Positions 60,970-64,000 of a stretch of 64,000 nucleotides of DNA are shown piece after piece. The stretch is from an uncultured Dehalococcoidia bacterium (lineage in GTDB: Bacteria > Chloroflexota > Dehalococcoidia > Lucifugimonadales > UBA1123), in NCBI GenBank assembly GCA_964640295.1, contig CAZXFX010000015.1, forward strand, positions 32-64,031, in the 5' to 3' direction. The position numbers and the translations under genes are program-made. The notes beneath the pieces were generated by a model. The model was given only the letters and a program-made list of their open reading frames with translations. It made no database searches and was not told where the DNA came from. Positions within the stretch are counted from its first letter, which is position 1. Every line of letters starts with the position of its first letter.

Positions 60970-61398
60970 CTATATGCTGCCGTCACGCGACACGAAAAAC
61001 TGCCTCTGCCTGCCGTTCGATTCTTGAACCGTCGTGTCTGGCATCGGGATTTCTTCCAGCAGAGCGATCAACTCTTTCACGTTGGCTAAACTCGCCTCCA
61101 GATCATCTTCTCTCATATACGCTTCGTAATAGTTGGCGTGGACGCTTTCGCATATAGAGAACAGTTCTCTGATTCTTCTCAAGCCTGTCTCGCTTGCAAG
61201 GTGATTCGCTACCTGTCGCAGGTCGTAGTGGCTCGAGTGGGACAGTCCTCTTTCCTCCGCGCGAGCCTTCAGGAACTGGACCGCCGCGCCCCACGCCTTT
61301 TCGGATGTCTGTAGGAAGTCGCCCGCGGCGAACTGGGTGTCGGCGTGAATAATCAGCCTTCGTCCGATTCTGATATGGCTTTCAGTTTGGGTTGTCAT
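60970..61398 (-). CDS. PaREP1-like (HEPN-related helical) protein
   Basis: LQTSEKAWGAAVQFLKARAEERGLSHSSHYDLRQVANHL...LFSICESVHANYYE resembles the PaREP1 pattern. Lies 9 nt downstream of the methyltransferase gene. Confidence 0.5.
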   Translation of the reverse strand: MTTQTESHIRIGRRLIIHADTQFAAGDFLQTSEKAWGAAVQFLKARAEERGLSHSSHYDLRQVANHLASETGLRRIRELFSICESVHANYYEAYMREDDLEASLANVKELIALLEEIPMPDTTVQESNGRQRQFFVSRDGSI

Positions 61399-61407
61399 GC
61401 TTCTACT

Positions 61408-62355
61408 TTACCCGCCGTTGGGTTTTGTGGGGTCATAAATCGGTTTGCCCATCGGGCGAGTTCTTAGAGTTCCGCTTTCAAACGCTCTCACCCTGTCCCA
61501 TGCGATGTCCACGTACTCTTCTACTATATCGCAACCGTATCCGTCGCGACCGTGCATTAGCGCGGCGATTACCGACGAGCCGACTCCCATATACGGATCC
61601 AGAACCGAATCGCCGGGGTTAGTCATCGAGAGCGTCAGTCGTTCGACTAGCTCCACCGGGAACTGGCAGGGATGAATAGTCTTCTCGACGTGATTGCTCT
61701 TAACGTTGGGGAACATCCACACATCGCTGGGGTTCTTGCCTTTCGGGTTGCCTGACAGTTTGCCGATATTCGGCCCCTTGAAATGCCTCTTGTTCGGATA
61801 TTTGGAAGGCACTCTAATGGGGTCCAAGTTGAATATATAGTCGTCGGTCTTGGTGAACCAGTTGATAGTTTCGTAGCGTCCGGACAGTCGTTTGGACGAA
61901 TGAAGGCCATGCCCGAAGTGCCAGACTATCCGATTTCGCATCTTGAGTCCATGTCGCTTGAACAGTGGGTATAGCGCCACGTCCAAAGGGATTACCTCGC
62001 CGTTTTCCACGTAGTTGCCTACCTGCCAGCACAGCGACCCGGACGGATGGAGCAGACGAACGCACTCGGCGATTACTCGTTCTTGATCTTGGATATATTC
62101 TTCCATGGGGGAGCGTTTTTCGTAGGACTTGCCGATGTTGTATGGCGGGGATGTCACTATGAGTTTCATCGAACTATCGGGAAGGTCGCGCATGAACTCG
62201 ATGTTGTTCTGGCAGGCCATGAATGCTTTCGGAGCGCATTCGGCAAGTGGTGGATGAGTTGATTCAGGAACATCGTCATAGATAAGCCTAAGGGGGGTCT
62301 GGCTGAATCCCCTCGACTTGGGCGTATGCTCTACACTGCGCGCTCGAACCACCAT
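61408..62355 (-). CDS. Beta-class DNA methyltransferase (N4-C or N6-A), no adjacent endonuclease recognised
   Basis: Motif IV KLIVTSPPYNIGKSY at the N-terminus. Motif I VLDPYMGVGSSVIAALMHGR near the C-terminus. Confidence 0.85.
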   Translation of the reverse strand: MVVRARSVEHTPKSRGFSQTPLRLIYDDVPESTHPPLAECAPKAFMACQNNIEFMRDLPDSSMKLIVTSPPYNIGKSYEKRSPMEEYIQDQERVIAECVRLLHPSGSLCWQVGNYVENGEVIPLDVALYPLFKRHGLKMRNRIVWHFGHGLHSSKRLSGRYETINWFTKTDDYIFNLDPIRVPSKYPNKRHFKGPNIGKLSGNPKGKNPSDVWMFPNVKSNHVEKTIHPCQFPVELVERLTLSMTNPGDSVLDPYMGVGSSVIAALMHGRDGYGCDIVEEYVDIAWDRVRAFESGTLRTRPMGKPIYDPTKPNGG

Positions 62356-62376
62356 ACCTGTCGCCTTTCTGGCTTC

Positions 62377-63255
62377 TCACTCCTCCATCATCGCCTGGAT
62401 GATCGCTTGCATTTCGCCAATGTAATGCTGGTAGCTGCGGTTCTGGTAGCCAAGCGCGGCTTGCGACTCATCTGTGTCGTACCAGTCCATCCAGCCAGGC
62501 GTATCCCGGTAGGTCGCCATTTCGACAGGAGCGCCCATCACGTCGAAGAAGTCTTTCACGTAGTCTCGACCGTAGAGCTGCCACGTCGGGCCGCCGCCGA
62601 TATTGAATATCCTGTGTCCGTCGCCCGCCGCGTCCGCGGACGCGAATAGCGCGTCGGCTACGTCGTCGCGATGCACCATTTCCACGCGCTGGTCTTCCAT
62701 GAACGGCCACGGTTCGGGCGGCTCCAGGAAAGCGGGCACCGCTATACCCGCTATCCGAAGCGAAATCGTGTTGTTCAGCGACGATTCGCGTATCAGGCTC
62801 TCGCCCACTATCTTGCTGTCGGCGTATATATCTATCGCGCTCTGCGCGTGGTCGGTCGTTACCGGCGGCTCTTCGGTGCTTGTGTCGCCGTATGTACTGA
62901 TGGACGACGTGAAAACCAGTCTCGCGTCCGGGTTCGCGCTCTCCATCGCGGAGATGATGTTCTGCGTTCCGTCCACGTTCACCCTGAACGTGAAATCCCT
63001 GTCGCGTTCGCTGTTGGGCGGCAGGATGGCGGCCAGGTGTAGAACCGCGTCCGCGCCTTGGACCGCCTTTCTCACGCCGTCGGCGTCGGTAATGTCGCCT
63101 CTGACTATCTCGACGCCGTCTCTGTCTTCCAGCCCGGAAAAGTCCATTATGGGAAGGTCGAAGACGCGGATGGGGCGTCCGGCGTCCGCGAACATCTCCA
63201 CGAGTTGGCGACCGACGCTGCCGGCGCCTCCGGTAATGAGTACGAGGCCGCTCAT
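62377..63255 (-). CDS. NAD-dependent epimerase/dehydratase (extended SDR)
   Basis: VLITGGAGSVGRQL Rossmann motif. YADSK catalytic YxxxK. Confidence 0.85.
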   Translation of the reverse strand: MSGLVLITGGAGSVGRQLVEMFADAGRPIRVFDLPIMDFSGLEDRDGVEIVRGDITDADGVRKAVQGADAVLHLAAILPPNSERDRDFTFRVNVDGTQNIISAMESANPDARLVFTSSISTYGDTSTEEPPVTTDHAQSAIDIYADSKIVGESLIRESSLNNTISLRIAGIAVPAFLEPPEPWPFMEDQRVEMVHRDDVADALFASADAAGDGHRIFNIGGGPTWQLYGRDYVKDFFDVMGAPVEMATYRDTPGWMDWYDTDESQAALGYQNRSYQHYIGEMQAIIQAMMEE

Positions 63256-63575
63256 GTGAGTGTCGTTCCTTTCATGCCCGCCTTTTCGATGACCTGCTGC
63301 GCGCTCGCTATCAGTTTGGTTAGCTGGGGGCCGAAGTCGTCCCAGTTGCCTTGCTCTTTAAGAGAGAGAAGCGCGTCCGCGTCTCGCATGGCTGTGCGGG
63401 TAGGGGGTATAGAGGGCATCGTCTTGAAGAAGAACGTGCCGCTTATCTCGTCGAACTTCTCTACTATCTCTACTACCGAGGTTTCCCACGCGGTGTCTTG
63501 CGCTCTGAGTCCGTCCGCTATCCGCTCGCAAGTCGCTATGCTCTGGTCGAGCATCTCCTGTCCTGACTGTGGCAT
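63252..63575 (-). CDS. Hypothetical protein, translationally coupled to the epimerase gene
   Basis: 107 aa. 4-nt overlap with the downstream gene. No recognisable motif. Confidence 0.4.
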   Translation of the reverse strand: MPQSGQEMLDQSIATCERIADGLRAQDTAWETSVVEIVEKFDEISGTFFFKTMPSIPPTRTAMRDADALLSLKEQGNWDDFGPQLTKLIASAQQVIEKAGMKGTTLT

Positions 63576-63627
63576 CTACAATCTCCTTCTCAATGAGTTT
63601 ATTTCTGGCTTATATTTTGACGCCGAT

Positions 63628-64000
63628 TCAGGCTTGCGTCAATCCTGGCGCGGCGCGTTCCATGTTAGGGTCGTCTCCCCAAAATCTGCGAATGAGCCCA
63701 ATCAGCGCGTACACCAGGGGCGTGTCCAGTGCGGCGAGGCTCACCTTGACGAAGTACTGTCCTATGAGCATGGTGGCTAGCACGCTGCCCGGCACCGTTC
63801 CCGCGAACGCGATGGTGATGAACAGAGCGGTGTCTATACCCTGTGACATCATCGTCGAGGCGTTGTTTCTGAACCACAGGTGTTTGCCGCCCGTCCGCGC
63901 CTTCCAGAAGTGGAATGCGAACACGTCGAAATTTTGGCTTATCAGATACGCCACCATGGATCCGGCGACTATGCGCGGCACGCTTCCGAGTATGAAATCA
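63628..64000 (-). CDS. yhhQ: Queuosine-precursor transporter (YhhQ/VUT family), 5' end outside the window
   Basis: NFDVFAFHFWKARTGGKHLWFRNNASTMMSQGIDTALFITIAFAG is typical of YhhQ/DUF165. The reading frame stays open to the window edge. Confidence 0.7.
   Translation of the reverse strand, partial: DFILGSVPRIVAGSMVAYLISQNFDVFAFHFWKARTGGKHLWFRNNASTMMSQGIDTALFITIAFAGTVPGSVLATMLIGQYFVKVSLAALDTPLVYALIGLIRRFWGDDPNMERAAPGLTQA

Noticed and set aside
1-64000. tRNA, rRNA, tmRNA, RNase P, transposase, integrase or reverse-transcriptase genes
   Set aside because: None were recognised by eye in intergenic regions or translations. A tRNAscan/Infernal run would be needed to exclude small RNAs formally.

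Overview
Gene-dense 64-kb chromosomal window. Gene content and repeat families suggest a Chloroflexota-type genome (SAR202/Dehalococcoidia-like), but this is inference only. The backbone is housekeeping and central metabolism: modABC; hyuA ... hyuB plus a thiolase-like gene and DUF35; 2-oxoacid dehydrogenase E1alpha/E1beta/E2; rplI-dnaB-dnaD-like-dnaC-like; ilvE; an Opp-type ABC importer; a large FtsX-type permease; and an 11-gene nuoABCDHIJKLMN operon with no nuoEFG. No rRNA, tRNA, CRISPR array, transposase or integrase was recognised. The window is unusual because small accessory cassettes sit inside or between conserved operons. (1) A type II R-M pair lies between pdh E1alpha and E1beta. 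(2) A PD-(D/E)xK nuclease-fold gene lies between nuoL and nuoM, and a small coiled-coil/TM gene is coupled to nuoI. (3) A 4.3-kb wedge splits hyuA from hyuB. It carries an HspR/HAIR/hsp20 unit and a two-gene HExxH-peptidase + AlbA_2(Schlafen-like)/HATPase_c_4 module with a novel C-terminal extension. (4) A fused HicA-HicB lies next to a HARE-HTH (delta-like) protein and HelD. (5) A PaREP1/HEPN-like protein lies next to an orphan beta-class methyltransferase. Other signals: a thiolase-like gene has two in-frame TGA codons with homology continuing across both (selenocysteine recoding candidate versus young pseudogene). Two intergenic loci share a module of helically phased CCACCTG/CCTGCAGG repeats. 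A REP-like interspersed repeat family generates spurious ORFs. A 15-mer is shared by the nuoA promoter and the nuoC-nuoD gap. All functional calls rest on motifs read by eye from the translations. No database search was run.
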